Position numbers and translations under genes: made by a program
Shown here: piece by piece, positions 11,954 to 22,590 of the stretch
Layout: the number at the start of each line of letters is the position of its first letter
Position numbering within the stretch: position 1 is the first letter of the stretch
Assembly (NCBI GenBank): GCA_046301395.1
Contig: JBKCKE010000077.1
Span: 1 to 60,619, forward strand
DNA from: Verrucomicrobiota bacterium
GTDB lineage: Bacteria; Verrucomicrobiota; Verrucomicrobiia; Opitutales; UBA953
Length of the DNA stretch: 60,619 nt
Direction: 5' to 3'
Notes under the pieces: generated by a model
The model's input: only the letters and a program-made list of their open reading frames with translations
Databases searched by the model: none
What the model was told of the DNA's origin: nothing

Positions 11954-14383
11954 ATGACCGAGAAGAAGAAATCCGAAGCCAAGAAGCCCGCGACCACGCA
12001 GCGATTCAGCGACGTGGCCAAGGAGCTCGGCATCGAGGTCAAGGCGCTGCTCGCCCTGGTCGACCAGTTCGTGGTCGCCCGCCCAGACTTCAAGGACTAC
12101 GTCTTCACCGACGGCAAGAAGCCGGCGGCCTCGAGCAACTTCGGCAAGATCTACCGCGAGGAGTTCCTGGCGTTCGCCGCTGACAAGCTCCCGAAGAAGG
12201 CCGAGCCCGCCCTGGAAGCCGTCAAGCCCGCCGCCGAAGCCCCCAAGGCTCCGGAGCCGGCGAAGCCCGCCCCGGCCGCGCCCGTCGCCCCGGTCGCCAA
12301 GCCCGGCACGCCTCCTCCGGTGAGCCTGCCGCCGCGCCCGACCATCGTGGCCACGCCGCCGCCCGTCGCGCGCCCTCCGGTCGCCCCCGTCATCCCGCGT
12401 CCGACCATCGCGCCCACGCCGGCCAAGACCGACCTGCCGCCCGTCGTCATCAGCAATACGCCGCCGGCCATCCCGACGCGTCCGGCCAACGTGCCGCCCG
12501 TCGTCCGCCCGCCGGTCGCTCCCATCGTCAACCGTCCGGCCGCGACCAGCAGCCAGGCCGCGCCCGGCAGCAAGGGCGTCATCACCGTCCGCCCGCCGAT
12601 CGTCGTGCGTGACTTCGCGATCGCGCTCAATCTCAAGCCCTTCCAGGTCATCGGCAACCTGATGGAACTCAACAAGGTCGTCAGCGTCTCCTCCGTCATC
12701 GAGGAAGCCGACGCCCGCAAGGTAGCCGAACGCCACGGTTACACGCTGGAGATCCGCCACCGCGGCGAAGGCGTGCAGCCCGTCAAGAAGGTCGAGAAGC
12801 CTTCCGAAGACGATCCGGCGCTCATGACCCCGCGTCCGCCCGTCGTCTGCGTGCTCGGTCACGTCGACCACGGCAAGACCACCCTCCTCGACTTCTTCCG
12901 CAAGACCAACGTCGTCTCGGGTGAAGCGGGCGGCATCACCCAGCACATCGGCGCCTACTCCGTCGCCTACCAGGGCGAGAAGCCTGAGTACAAGGGCAAG
13001 ACCGTCACCTTCCTCGACACTCCCGGCCACGCCGCCTTCGCCAAGATGCGCGAACGCGGCGCCTCGGTGACCGACGTCGCCGTGCTCGTCGTGGCGGCGG
13101 ACGACGGCTTCATGCCGCAGACCGAGGAAGCCCTCAAGTTCGCGCAGAAGCACGCCAGCGCCATCGTGGCCGCGATCAACAAGGTCGACGCCAAGGGCGC
13201 GAACCTCGACCGCGTGAAGCAGCAGATGCAGCAACGCAACATCACCCCGGAAGACTGGGGTGGCGAGACCATCACCAGCCCCGTGTCGGCGCTCAAGGGC
13301 ACCGGCATGACCGAGCTCCTCGAGTCCATCCTGCTCCAGGCCGAAGTCCTCGACCTCAAGGCCAACGCGAAGTGCCCCGCCCAGGGCGTCGTCATCGAAT
13401 CGCAGATGGAGACTGGCCGCGGTCCCACCGCCACCGTCATCGTCCAGAAGGGTACCCTCAAGCCCGGCGACTCGTTCGTCTGCGGCGAGACCTGGTGCAA
13501 GGTGCGCGCGCTCATGGATGAGCGTGGCAACCGCATGCCCTCCGCCGCTCCCGGCGCTCCGGCGCTCGTGCTCGGCTGGGACGCCGTCCCGGCCCCCGGC
13601 ACCAAGTTCAAGACCGTCAAGAACGACCGCGAAGCCCGCGAGATCGCCGAAGAAGCCGCCCTCGCCGCCCGCAAGGCCGCCGAAGCCGTGCAGCAGGCGC
13701 CGAACACCGGGGCCCGCCCCGGCATGTCGGACCTCGAGCGCCTCATGGCCGCCCTCGCCCAGGACAAGGAGAAGATCCTCCGCGTCCTGCTCAAGGCCGA
13801 CGTCAACGGCACGCTCGAAGCCCTCGAAGGTTGTCTCCGCGACATCAAGTCGGCCAAGGTCCGCCTCGAAGTCGTCGGCGGTTCCGTCGGCCCCGTGACC
13901 CAAGGCGACGTCGCCCTGGCCGAAGCCTCCAAGGCCCTCATCGTCGCCTTCGACACCAAGCTCGAGAACGGCGTCCAGCCGCAGCTCAAGCGTACCGGCG
14001 TCCGCCTCATCACCCATGACATCATCTACGAGCTCATCACGCTCGTGAAGGACGCCATGACCGAACTCCTGGACCCCGAGGTCCGCGAGAACAAGCTCGG
14101 CGCCGCCGAAGTGCGCGCCGTCTTCCCCCTCGGCAAGGAGCACAAGGTCGCCGGTTGCATGGTCACCGAAGGCCTCATCCGCCGCGCGGCCAAGGCGCGC
14201 GTGGTCCGCGGCGGCAAGATCATCCACAACGGCCCGGTCGAGACGCTGCGCCGCTTCAAGGACGACGCCTCCGAGGTCAAAGCCGGCTTCGAGTGCGGCA
14301 TCAAGCTCGGCGGCTACGACGAGTACCAGCCCGGCGACATCATCGAAGCCGTCGAGATGGTCCAGACGCGTCCGAGCCTCTAA
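11954..14383 (+). CDS. infB: Translation initiation factor IF-2
   Basis: 809 aa. [20 protein letters not shown] and NKVD G-motifs. The N-terminal linker is Pro/Ala-rich and low-complexity. Confidence 0.95.
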   Translation: MTEKKKSEAKKPATTQRFSDVAKELGIEVKALLALVDQFVVARPDFKDYVFTDGKKPAASSNFGKIYREEFLAFAADKLPKKAEPALEAVKPAAEAPKAPEPAKPAPAAPVAPVAKPGTPPPVSLPPRPTIVATPPPVARPPVAPVIPRPTIAPTPAKTDLPPVVISNTPPAIPTRPANVPPVVRPPVAPIVNRPAATSSQAAPGSKGVITVRPPIVVRDFAIALNLKPFQVIGNLMELNKVVSVSSVIEEADARKVAERHGYTLEIRHRGEGVQPVKKVEKPSEDDPALMTPRPPVVCVLGHVDHGKTTLLDFFRKTNVVSGEAGGITQHIGAYSVAYQGEKPEYKGKTVTFLDTPGHAAFAKMRERGASVTDVAVLVVAADDGFMPQTEEALKFAQKHASAIVAAINKVDAKGANLDRVKQQMQQRNITPEDWGGETITSPVSALKGTGMTELLESILLQAEVLDLKANAKCPAQGVVIESQMETGRGPTATVIVQKGTLKPGDSFVCGETWCKVRALMDERGNRMPSAAPGAPALVLGWDAVPAPGTKFKTVKNDREAREIAEEAALAARKAAEAVQQAPNTGARPGMSDLERLMAALAQDKEKILRVLLKADVNGTLEALEGCLRDIKSAKVRLEVVGGSVGPVTQGDVALAEASKALIVAFDTKLENGVQPQLKRTGVRLITHDIIYELITLVKDAMTELLDPEVRENKLGAAEVRAVFPLGKEHKVAGCMVTEGLIRRAAKARVVRGGKIIHNGPVETLRRFKDDASEVKAGFECGIKLGGYDEYQPGDIIEAVEMVQTRPSL

Positions 14384-14388
14384 GCCTC

Positions 14389-14757
14389 ATGTCCCAACGC
14401 CAGCTCCGGGTCGCCGAACTCATCCAGCGCGAGGTCTCCTCCGCGCTGCGTCAGTCCTGGCCGACCGAAGCCGCGCTGATCACGATCACCGTCGCGAGCG
14501 TCGCCCCCGACCTCCGCCAGTGCCGCATCGGCTATGCCGTCTCGGGCGACGACGCGGAGCGCAAGAAGGCCCGCGCCTTCCTGAAGCGCGTGCGCACGGA
14601 ACTGCGCGCCACCGTCGGCGGCTTCCTGCAGATGAAGCACACGCCGGACATCCTCTTCACCGAGGATGACATCACCGGCGGCGTGGCGCGCGTGCAGGCC
14701 CTGCTGGACGACATGGCCCGCAAGGACCGTGCGGCCAATCCGCCCAAGGCCGACTAG
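14389..14757 (+). CDS. rbfA: Ribosome-binding factor A
   Basis: MSQRQLRVAELIQREVSSAL...ITITVASVAPDLRQCRIGYAV, directly after infB. It lies within track ORF 14155..14757, with the Met at 14389. Confidence 0.85.
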   Translation: MSQRQLRVAELIQREVSSALRQSWPTEAALITITVASVAPDLRQCRIGYAVSGDDAERKKARAFLKRVRTELRATVGGFLQMKHTPDILFTEDDITGGVARVQALLDDMARKDRAANPPKAD

Positions 14758-15827
14758 GCCGTCGGCGGACCGACTTCGGGGAAGTCCTTCAGCGCTTCGC
14801 GGACCACCGCGGCGCGGCGACGGTCACGTCCGTCGCTGTCGAGCTCCTGGCCGGCGCGCGCCTGCACGTGAGCGGGCTGGCCCTCGATCATCAGGCGGTC
14901 GACGAGATGGCGGCGCTCCTCCGGCAGGCAGCCCATGTCGCAGGCGAGCCGCAGGTGCGAAAGCATGTTCATCGCTTCCGAGCTGGTGAGCAGGCGGGCC
15001 GAGCGCAGCACGCCGAGCGAACGGGCGAGACGGTCGACGAACTTCTCGCCTTCCTCCTGCGCGAGCTTGCGGCGGGCGTTCCACTCCTGCTCGACGACGT
15101 GTTTGATCCAGCCCCCGAGGTGCTTGAGGATCGCGTCCTCGGAGAGGCCGAGGGTCTGCTGGTTCGAGATCTGGAAGACGTTGCCGGCGGCTTCGGTGCC
15201 CTCGCCCAGCCAGCCACGGACGGCGAGGCCGTCCTGATTGAGCGCACGCGTGACCTTGTCCATGTGACCCGCCAGGCAGAGGCCGGGCAGGTGGACCATC
15301 GCGGAGGCGCGCAGGCCCGTGCCGACGTTGGTAGGGCAGGCCGTGAGGTAGCCGAGGCGATCCGAGAAAGCCATCTTGAGCACGCCGCCGAGGGCGTCGT
15401 CGAGCTGTTCGGCGATATGCCAGGTGCCGCGCAGGTGCCAGCCGGCCTTGACGACCTGGATGCGCAGGTGGTCCTCTTCGTTGACCATCACGGAAACGGT
15501 CTGATCACGGCTGATGACGGCGGCGCCGCTCTTGCCCGCGGCGAGCTCCTTCGAGACCAGGTGGCGCTCGACGAGTACCGCGCGGTCGCGGTCGCCGAGT
15601 TCGCCCATGCGGACGACATGCCCGCGGCGGAACTTCGGCAGGCCCTCGAGCGCGGTGACGCAGCGATCAGAGGTCTCCTTACGCTGCGGCAGCTTGGCCC
15701 AGCCGGGGAAAGGCAGGCCCTCGAGGTTACGCGCAAGACGGATGCGCGTGCTCAGCACGACGGCCTGCTGGCCGCCGAGGAGGTGGGTGAGTTCGCTTTC
15801 GGCGGCGAGGATGTCTTCGACGGACAT
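14754..15827 (-). CDS. mcsB: Protein arginine kinase (ATP:guanido phosphotransferase)
   Basis: LSTRIRLARNLEGLPFP, NEEDHLRIQV and CPTNVGTGLRASAMVHLPGL motifs. Confidence 0.85.
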   Translation of the reverse strand: MSVEDILAAESELTHLLGGQQAVVLSTRIRLARNLEGLPFPGWAKLPQRKETSDRCVTALEGLPKFRRGHVVRMGELGDRDRAVLVERHLVSKELAAGKSGAAVISRDQTVSVMVNEEDHLRIQVVKAGWHLRGTWHIAEQLDDALGGVLKMAFSDRLGYLTACPTNVGTGLRASAMVHLPGLCLAGHMDKVTRALNQDGLAVRGWLGEGTEAAGNVFQISNQQTLGLSEDAILKHLGGWIKHVVEQEWNARRKLAQEEGEKFVDRLARSLGVLRSARLLTSSEAMNMLSHLRLACDMGCLPEERRHLVDRLMIEGQPAHVQARAGQELDSDGRDRRRAAVVREALKDFPEVGPPTA

Positions 15828-15829
15828 GG

Positions 15830-16309
15830 TCAGGAGGCGAGCTGGCGCTCGAGGGTGGCGATTTCGTCGCGCAGGCGCGCGGCGGCTTCGAAGTCTTCGC
15901 CGGCGACGGCGGCGGTCATCTCAAGCCGGGCCGCGTCGAGGCGACGACGCAGCTGGGCGACGGGCACCGCTCCGGCGGGGGCCCGACCGACGTGGGCGGG
16001 CTCATGCTGGACCTTCAGGAGCAGGCCGTCCAAGGCTTCCCCGAAAGTCTCCCAGCAGGCCGGGCAGCCGAGCCGGCCGCGCTTGCGGAAATCGAGATCG
16101 GTGAAGCCACACTGCGGACAGGTCAAGGTCGGGGCGGGGGTCGCGGCCGCCAGCGCGTCGGCCAGCTGGAAGACGGCCGGATCGGTGGCCCCGCCCTTCT
16201 GGGCGCAGGCTTCGCAAAGATGGACCTTGGTGACCTTCCCGTGGACGACCTGGGAGAGGTGGACCGTGGCGGCCTCCTCGCACAGCGAACACTGAATCGG
16301 CTTGGACAT
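15830..16309 (-). CDS. mcsA: McsA-like activator (zinc-finger plus UVR motif protein)
   Basis: Paired CxxC motifs (CSLCEE...CEAC; CPQCG...CPAC) and a C-terminal UVR motif EDFEAAARLRDEI. It ends 3 nt upstream of mcsB. Confidence 0.75.
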   Translation of the reverse strand: MSKPIQCSLCEEAATVHLSQVVHGKVTKVHLCEACAQKGGATDPAVFQLADALAAATPAPTLTCPQCGFTDLDFRKRGRLGCPACWETFGEALDGLLLKVQHEPAHVGRAPAGAVPVAQLRRRLDAARLEMTAAVAGEDFEAAARLRDEIATLERQLAS

Positions 16310-16407
16310 CGATCTTCAGACAATGCGGCCACAGCCAATTGGCAAGGGCAAGCGGGGAGCGGAGTTTGACTTCGGGGGCGGCGGACGCTTGATGGGAAGG
16401 ACGTCAG

Positions 16408-17649
16408 ATGTCCTCCAAGCCCCGCATCGTCATCACCGGCCTCGGCCTCACCGCCCCCAACGGGAACTCGCTGGGCGAGTTCCGGGCCAACCTGCTCGCC
16501 GGCAAGGCCCGCATCGCCGTCATCGACGTCCGGCACATGGGCCGTCACCCGGCCGGAGTCTGCGATTTCGACGCCACCAAGTGGCAGAAGCGGAAGGAAA
16601 TCCGCAACGGCACCCGCGTCGGCTCCATCTCCATCTTCTGCGCCCGCGAAGCCCTGGGCGACTCCGGCCTCGACTGGGACAAGGTCGATAAGTCCCGCGT
16701 CGGCGTCTACCTCGGCATCACCGAGCACGGCAACGTCGAGACCGAGAACGAGATCCACAACATCTCCCAGTTCGGCAACGACACCAAGTACTGGACGCAC
16801 CACCACAACCCCCGGACCGTGGCGAACAACCCGGCCGGCGAGGTGACGATGAACATGGGGATCACCGGTCCGCATTATACGATCGGCGCCGCCTGCGCCG
16901 CAGGTAACGCCGGCCTCATCCAGGCCGCGCAGATGCTCCAGCTCGGCGAGGTCGACGTGGCCTTCGCCGGCGGCGTCTCCGAATCCATCCACACCTTCGG
17001 CATCTTCGCCGGCTTCAAGAACCAGGGCGCGCTGGGCGCCCATGAAGACCCGACCAAGGCCTCTCGCCCCTTCGACAAGAACCGCAACGGCATCGTCATC
17101 TCCGAGGGAGGCGCCATCTACGTGCTGGAGCGCCTCGACGACGCCCTGGCCCGCGGTGCCCGCATCATCGCCGAAATCGCCGGCTGGTGCATCAACTCCG
17201 ACGCCACCGACGCCGTCCTGCCCAACCCCGAACGCCAGACCGAGTGCGTCCGCATGGCCCTCCAGCGCGCCGGGATGAAGCCGCAGGACATCCATATCGT
17301 CTCCACCCATGCCACCGCCACCGCCCTGGGAGACATCCAGGAGTGCACCGCCTTGCGGACCGTCTTCACCGACTGCCCGGAAACCCGCATCAATAACACC
17401 AAGAGCTTCATCGGGCACTGCATGGGCGCCGCCGGGGCCCTGGAACTGGCGGGCAACCTACCCTCTTTCCACGACCATTGGGTCCATCCGACCATCAATA
17501 TCGACGAATTAGACCCGGAATGCGCCCTTCCGGGCCTCGTGATCAACCAGCCGGTCAAAGTCGACCGGGTGGACGCCATCCTGAACAACTCCTTCGGCAT
17601 GCTGGGCATCAATTCGGCCCTTATCGTCAAGAAATATGGGGTTGCCTGA
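16408..17649 (+). CDS. Beta-ketoacyl-ACP synthase (KAS I/II family)
   Basis: Cys-His-His triad contexts GAACAAGN, STHATAT and GHCMGAAG; 413 aa. Confidence 0.85.
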   Translation: MSSKPRIVITGLGLTAPNGNSLGEFRANLLAGKARIAVIDVRHMGRHPAGVCDFDATKWQKRKEIRNGTRVGSISIFCAREALGDSGLDWDKVDKSRVGVYLGITEHGNVETENEIHNISQFGNDTKYWTHHHNPRTVANNPAGEVTMNMGITGPHYTIGAACAAGNAGLIQAAQMLQLGEVDVAFAGGVSESIHTFGIFAGFKNQGALGAHEDPTKASRPFDKNRNGIVISEGGAIYVLERLDDALARGARIIAEIAGWCINSDATDAVLPNPERQTECVRMALQRAGMKPQDIHIVSTHATATALGDIQECTALRTVFTDCPETRINNTKSFIGHCMGAAGALELAGNLPSFHDHWVHPTINIDELDPECALPGLVINQPVKVDRVDAILNNSFGMLGINSALIVKKYGVA

Positions 17650-17682
17650 CCCGGTTTGGACGTTTGAAACAAAGCCGAAAAC

Positions 17683-17940
17683 ATGACTAAGGACGACATC
17701 AAGCAGGTGGTTCTCGACATCATCGCCGACATCGCGCCGGACGAGGACCTGACCGCCGTCAAACCGGAGGTCCGCCTCCGCGACCAGCTGTCCCTCGATT
17801 CGATGGACTTCCTGGATATCGTCATGGAGCTCCGCAAGAAGCACGGCATCGAAGTGCCCGAGGCCGACTACGTCCAGCTGGCGTCCCTCGACTCCTGCGC
17901 CGAGTACCTCCACCCGAAGTTCGAGGCCAAGGGAAAGTAA
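17683..17940 (+). CDS. Acyl carrier protein
   Basis: 85 aa with the phosphopantetheine attachment motif LSLDSMDFLDIVMEL. Confidence 0.8.
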   Translation: MTKDDIKQVVLDIIADIAPDEDLTAVKPEVRLRDQLSLDSMDFLDIVMELRKKHGIEVPEADYVQLASLDSCAEYLHPKFEAKGK

Positions 17941-17964
17941 GGCCTTAACCTCAGGCCCCCCTCC

Positions 17965-17990
17965 AGACCGCCTTTATGGCGGTCTTTTAC
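17965..17990 (+). terminator. Rho-independent terminator after the ACP gene
   Basis: AGACCGCC-TTTAT-GGCGGTCT followed by TTTTAC. Confidence 0.65.
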
Positions 17991-18066
17991 TTGGTACTGG
18001 TCGACGCCATCGCCGCCGTGTCGTTCTTGATTTGCCGACCCTCCACCCGTCCCTACAGTCCCTGCC

Positions 18067-19038
18067 GTGCCCCTCTTCCGTCGCTTCCTTTTCGCCGCGC
18101 TCACCTTAGGTGTCCTGCCGGCCTTCGCCGAGACCGTGCAGCTCCGCCGTACCGGCAACGCTACCGTCATCGCGTTCGAATACATCACGCAGGACGAGAC
18201 GACCATCATGGTCAAGCGCCTCGACGCCGACACGGTGCTCACCTACCGATGGGAGGACCTGGATCAGGATTGGATCAAGCGGAACAACCCGAAGCTATGG
18301 GCCGAGCGCGAGCTGATGCTGGAGGAAAGAAAGCCGACGAAAAAGATGGCGGCCAAGGAAATCGAAGACCCTTTCGCGCAGCCGACCGTGGCCACCGACG
18401 CCAAGTCGCTCGTCAAGAACCTCCTCCTATCGATGCAGGACGGGCTCAAGGGCATGTCCCTTTCCGCCAACCGACCCGATGTGGTCTGCGGCGAATTCCA
18501 GCTCGAAGAAAACCTCTTCTGGCTCGCCTTCGATGACCTGAAGCGCGCCAGCCTGCTCTCGGGCAAGCCCGACACCGCGCCTCGCGTGGAGGTGCTGGAC
18601 GACGAAGCCCAAGCCGGCGCGAACAAGACCAAGGTCAAAGGCAAGACCGCCACGAAGGGCAGGCGCTCGGCCGAAAGCCTGGCCGCGGAAGCGGCCGCCA
18701 GGAAAGACTTCGAAAGCGAAGCCCGCCCCTACAATGCCCTCGGCTACCTCCGCACGCTCTCGGAGGGCGGCACCAAGGGAAAGCCGATCTGGATGATGTT
18801 GCGCCGCTCGACCGCCGACCGCGAAACGATGAAGTCCATGCTGCTGCAGTATGCGACCCAGGCCGAGGCCTTGGCGGAGAAGCCGGAAGGCAAGGCCAGC
18901 AAGACCGACCTCCTCGTGCTCAAGAAGGCCCTCGAGAACTGCGCCGAATCGGTAGGCCGGGTGACCCGCGAACATAATGCCGTCGAAGCCCGGTTGCAGT
19001 CGGACTGCCGGACGGTGCTGACGCTGGTCCTGCGCTAA
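18067..19038 (+). CDS. Secreted hypothetical protein
   Basis: 323-aa ORF with signal peptide MPLFRRFLFAALTLGVLPAFA. The rest is charged and helical. I recognise no family. Confidence 0.5.
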   Translation: MPLFRRFLFAALTLGVLPAFAETVQLRRTGNATVIAFEYITQDETTIMVKRLDADTVLTYRWEDLDQDWIKRNNPKLWAERELMLEERKPTKKMAAKEIEDPFAQPTVATDAKSLVKNLLLSMQDGLKGMSLSANRPDVVCGEFQLEENLFWLAFDDLKRASLLSGKPDTAPRVEVLDDEAQAGANKTKVKGKTATKGRRSAESLAAEAAARKDFESEARPYNALGYLRTLSEGGTKGKPIWMMLRRSTADRETMKSMLLQYATQAEALAEKPEGKASKTDLLVLKKALENCAESVGRVTREHNAVEARLQSDCRTVLTLVLR

Positions 19039-19059
19039 GCCGCGGACCCTTCAAAGAGT

Positions 19060-19092
19060 CCGGCCGCCTTCCCTGAGGAAGACGGCCGGTTT
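19060..19092 (+). terminator. Rho-independent terminator
   Basis: CCGGCCGCCTTCC-CTGA-GGAAGACGGCCGG followed by TTT. It abuts the tRNA 3' end. Confidence 0.55.
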
Positions 19093-19095
19093 GAA

Positions 19096-19171
<76 letters not shown>

Positions 19172-19176
19172 GTTAA

Positions 19177-19956
19177 ATGGGAAGGGGAACAAAGATGAGC
19201 CCACGCGGAGGGTCAACGCTTTTTTCCCACCCTGCCGAGTCTCTGGTTGCCAATAGCCTTGGGGTGCTTTGCCTTCCCTTCGTGGAAGCGTCCGAAAATC
19301 AGCCAGAATCCGCCGAACCAGGCGCCGAAGCCCGTTCGAACACCCAAGGCGGCCGTGGCCAAGGGGGCATCCGCATCGAGAAAGATTTTATCGAATCCCT
19401 GCCCGTCGGCGAATGGACCGGCCCGATCGAGCTCATCGAATCCGAGAAGGACGCCGAAAAGGCCATCGCCTCGCTCGCCCGTGACCGCGTCCTGGGCTTC
19501 GACACCGAGACCAAGCCCTCCCACACCCGCGGGGAATACAACCTCCCCTCGATCCTCCAGCTGGCCGGCCAGCACCACATCTTCGTCTTCCGCCTCGACC
19601 ATTGCGGCGGCATCCCCCTCGCCTTCCCGGTGCTCTGCAACGATCGCCAGGCCAAGGTCGGCGTCGCCGTCCGCGACGACGTGAAGAACCTCCGCGCCCG
19701 CGCTCCCTTCGAAGACCGGGCGTTCATCGACATCGCCGATCACACGAAGAAGACCGGCCTGGTGAACACCGGCCTGCAGGCCCTCGCCGCGCATTTCCTG
19801 CGTCTGCAGATGAAGAAGTCGAAGAAAGTGCAGACTTCCAACTGGGCCAAGCCCTTGGATGAACGCCAGATCCAATACGCCGCCAATGATGCGTGGTTCA
19901 GCCGCGAGCTGTTCCTGAAGCTCGAGCAGGACGGCCTGATCCCTCGGTTCGAATGA
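19177..19956 (+). CDS. DEDD-family 3'-5' exonuclease (RNase D / WRN-exonuclease-like)
   Basis: [10 protein letters not shown] (Exo I) ... YAANDAW (Exo III). The start is uncertain because the N-terminal 60 aa are low complexity. Confidence 0.75.
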   Translation: MGRGTKMSPRGGSTLFSHPAESLVANSLGVLCLPFVEASENQPESAEPGAEARSNTQGGRGQGGIRIEKDFIESLPVGEWTGPIELIESEKDAEKAIASLARDRVLGFDTETKPSHTRGEYNLPSILQLAGQHHIFVFRLDHCGGIPLAFPVLCNDRQAKVGVAVRDDVKNLRARAPFEDRAFIDIADHTKKTGLVNTGLQALAAHFLRLQMKKSKKVQTSNWAKPLDERQIQYAANDAWFSRELFLKLEQDGLIPRFE

Positions 19957-20312
19957 ACCCGGAAGCCGCCCGCGCCGCCGCCGCGCTGGGGCTCGACGCC
20001 ACGCGCCGGCACATCTTCCTCTGCGTGAAATCCTCCAAGCAGACCTGCTGCGGCGGAGAGCTCGCGGCGAAATCCTGGGAGCATCTGAAGTCACGGCTCA
20101 AGCAGCTCGGCCTCTCCGAACACGGCGGCGTCCAGCGGACCAAGGCCGACTGCCTGCGCGTGTGCGTCGCCGGCCCCGTCGCCGTCGTCTACCCGGAAGG
20201 CGTCTGGTATGGCCGCTGCACGCCGGAGAACCTCGACCGCATCATCGCCGAGCACCTGGTCGGCGGTACGGTCGTGGCGGACCTCCGGATCGCCGGGCCT
20301 ACTTCGCCTTAG
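19953..20312 (+). CDS. Thioredoxin-like [2Fe-2S] ferredoxin domain protein
   Basis: The Met at 19953 overlaps the upstream stop (ATGA). HIFLCV...CCGG...[22 protein letters not shown]. Confidence 0.6.
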   Translation: MNPEAARAAAALGLDATRRHIFLCVKSSKQTCCGGELAAKSWEHLKSRLKQLGLSEHGGVQRTKADCLRVCVAGPVAVVYPEGVWYGRCTPENLDRIIAEHLVGGTVVADLRIAGPTSP

Positions 20313-21909
20313 GCTCTTTCTTCTTCGGAAGATCCACCTTCTGCGCGAGCGCGCGTAGCTTCGGATAAAGCTCCGAATACGGCACGGACTGGACGGCCGA
20401 ACCGGATTTGACCGCCATGGAAGCCGCGACGCCGGCCGACTCGCCAAGGATCATCCAGACGGGCTCCATGCGGATAGAGGTCATGGCGATGTGGCTGGCG
20501 GAGACGCAGACGGGGACGAGCAGGTTCGTGCATTGGGCCTTCTTGGGGACGATCGAGCGGTAAGGAATCCGATAGATGCCGCGGTGCTCGTCCTCGAGGT
20601 AGAGCATGGAATAATAGCCGCCCATCAGGGCGACCTGGCCGTCGAGCGCGACGGTGGCGTAAGGCCATTCATCGACGCCATAAGAGGCCAGGCCAACCGA
20701 GTCGGCGGGACTGGTCCGTCCTTCCAGGTCTTTCTGGGTGACGACGTAGTCGGAGACCATGCGGCGGGACTCGCGGACGTAGAGCTGGTGCGGATAACCC
20801 CTCGTGTCATCGAAGGCGCCTTTCTCCAGCCCGGCGCTCAGCGCGATCTCCTTCTGCTTCGCAGGGACGCTGGGGTCGGTGCGCAGGAAGTGCGTCATGC
20901 CCCGGACGAAGTCCTGCTGCTCCTTCCAGATCCGGGCGCGGGTCGCGTAATCGCCGTCCGCGTAGCCGGCGTTATGACCGTAGTTCGTGGGCGCGAACAG
21001 CGCGCGCGCGAGGTTGCCTGCCCCGCCGGAATAGACGCGTCCGCCGCTCACCTCCCAGCCGTCGACCTTGCCGCGCATCACGCGTCCGGAAAGGATGTCA
21101 ACGCCCTGCTGGAAAGCCCGACGATAGAGTTCGAACTGCTTCGGATCGTAATGCGGCGGCGGCTCGATCGGCAGGCTCTCTCCCTTGAAGACGAAGCGCC
21201 AGCGGAAGCCATAGCCCATCGTGAGCTTGTCCGCCTCGCCGACCGGCGCGACCGGCGTAACTTGCAGGCCGGGCAGCAGGCCGCTCTGCGGTTCGCCGGC
21301 TTTGACGTAAGGGTCGATGGCGTAGACGGTCATCGGCGGCTGTGCCCCGGCCAGGCTCTCGTCGTAGGTCGACTTCGCTTCGCGCCCGTAGGTGTAGGCG
21401 ACCCCGGCTCGGGCCATCAGGTCGCCTTCGTAGGAGCAATCGATGAAGACCTTGGCCTTGATGACGCGCGCCATGGCCTTCGTCGGCTTCTCCGGAGGGC
21501 AGCCGTACTCATCGAACGGGGCGAAATCCAGGTCTACGGTGCGGATCAGGCCGTCGACCTTCAGGGCAGCGCTGATCCGATGCTCGAAGAGCACCGTGAC
21601 GCCGGTGGACTTGAGCATCTCCGCGAAGACCTTCCGGTACTGGGCGTCGTTGTAGTCCTGCTTCAGGATCGGCCGCGTCGAACCGCTGACCGCCTCTTCC
21701 CGGCCCCAGTCGATATGCATCAGGCCACCACCCGTCATGCCGCCCAACCAGCGGCTCGGCTCGACCACGATGACCTTGGCACCCTCCTTCGCGGCGGCGC
21801 AGGCCGCCATCACGCCGCTGGCGTTGCCTCCGTAGACGCAGACATCATAGGAGTCGGCGGCGTGAAGAGCCGTCAGACAGAGAAAGAGGCCGGCAAGAAA
21901 GCGCGACAT
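20299..21909 (-). CDS. Secreted FAD-dependent oxidoreductase
   Basis: The Met at 21909 gives signal peptide [17 protein letters not shown]. The dinucleotide fold is [30 protein letters not shown]. Confidence 0.75.
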   Translation of the reverse strand: MSRFLAGLFLCLTALHAADSYDVCVYGGNASGVMAACAAAKEGAKVIVVEPSRWLGGMTGGGLMHIDWGREEAVSGSTRPILKQDYNDAQYRKVFAEMLKSTGVTVLFEHRISAALKVDGLIRTVDLDFAPFDEYGCPPEKPTKAMARVIKAKVFIDCSYEGDLMARAGVAYTYGREAKSTYDESLAGAQPPMTVYAIDPYVKAGEPQSGLLPGLQVTPVAPVGEADKLTMGYGFRWRFVFKGESLPIEPPPHYDPKQFELYRRAFQQGVDILSGRVMRGKVDGWEVSGGRVYSGGAGNLARALFAPTNYGHNAGYADGDYATRARIWKEQQDFVRGMTHFLRTDPSVPAKQKEIALSAGLEKGAFDDTRGYPHQLYVRESRRMVSDYVVTQKDLEGRTSPADSVGLASYGVDEWPYATVALDGQVALMGGYYSMLYLEDEHRGIYRIPYRSIVPKKAQCTNLLVPVCVSASHIAMTSIRMEPVWMILGESAGVAASMAVKSGSAVQSVPYSELYPKLRALAQKVDLPKKKEPKAK

Positions 21910-21954
21910 GGGGTCTGCCTTTGCTAGTCCACGCCGGCCCGATGTCAAAGGGGC

Positions 21955-22497
21955 TTACTTCAGGGCCTGCTCGATCGCCTTCTCGAGCCCAGCGGAGTCG
22001 GGCTCGACGTCGGAACCGAAGCGAGCGAGGAGCTTTCCGTCGGCACCAATGAGGAACTTGTGGAAGTTCCAACCGACCGGACCGGGGTGGCCGGAGTTCT
22101 TACCCGTGAGCTTCTCGAACAGCGGGTGCGCATCGTTACCCTTGATCGCGACCTTAGCGTACAGCGGGAAGGTCACCTGGAAATTGGCCTGACAGAATTT
22201 CTTGATGGCCTTCTCGGTGGCCGGCTCCTGCCCGCCGAAGTCGTTGCAGGGAAAACCCGCGACGACCAAGCCCTGGGACTTGTATCGTTCATACAAAGAC
22301 TGCAGGCCGGCATACTGCCGCGTGTAGCCGCACTGGCTCGCGACATTGACGACGAGCCACGCCTTGCCGCCCTTGACGGCGCCGAGCGTGGTCGCCTTGC
22401 CATCGATGTCCTTGACCGGCACGGCGAGCAGACCAGGGGACTCTTCCGCCGAGGCGAACGAGGCGAACAGAAGCAAGGCGGATGCTATGTAATTCAT
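21955..22497 (-). CDS. Glutathione peroxidase (Cys-type), secreted
   Basis: NVASQCGYT, FPCNDFGGQEP and WNFHKFL motifs, with an N-terminal signal peptide. Confidence 0.9.
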   Translation of the reverse strand: MNYIASALLLFASFASAEESPGLLAVPVKDIDGKATTLGAVKGGKAWLVVNVASQCGYTRQYAGLQSLYERYKSQGLVVAGFPCNDFGGQEPATEKAIKKFCQANFQVTFPLYAKVAIKGNDAHPLFEKLTGKNSGHPGPVGWNFHKFLIGADGKLLARFGSDVEPDSAGLEKAIEQALK

Positions 22498-22590
22498 AGC
22501 CCCACCTTAATGAGCAAACCAAGGGGCGCAAGCGTGCCTAAAACCAAATCCCCTTGAAAGCGCTTGTGCGGAAATATCATCAACTACGCT

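Noticed and set aside
12150-12600. Repetitive Pro/Ala-rich DNA, with RPPVAP(V/I)... and RPTIA... motifs repeated, that could be mistaken for a tandem repeat or array.
   Set aside because: It lies in-frame within infB and encodes the variable low-complexity IF-2 N-terminal linker. It has no spacer/repeat architecture.
22554-22580. TTGAAA ... TATCAT promoter-like hexamers upstream of the lipoprotein gene.
   Set aside because: The spacer is only 15 nt, outside the usual 16-18 nt, so it is too weak to report as a feature.
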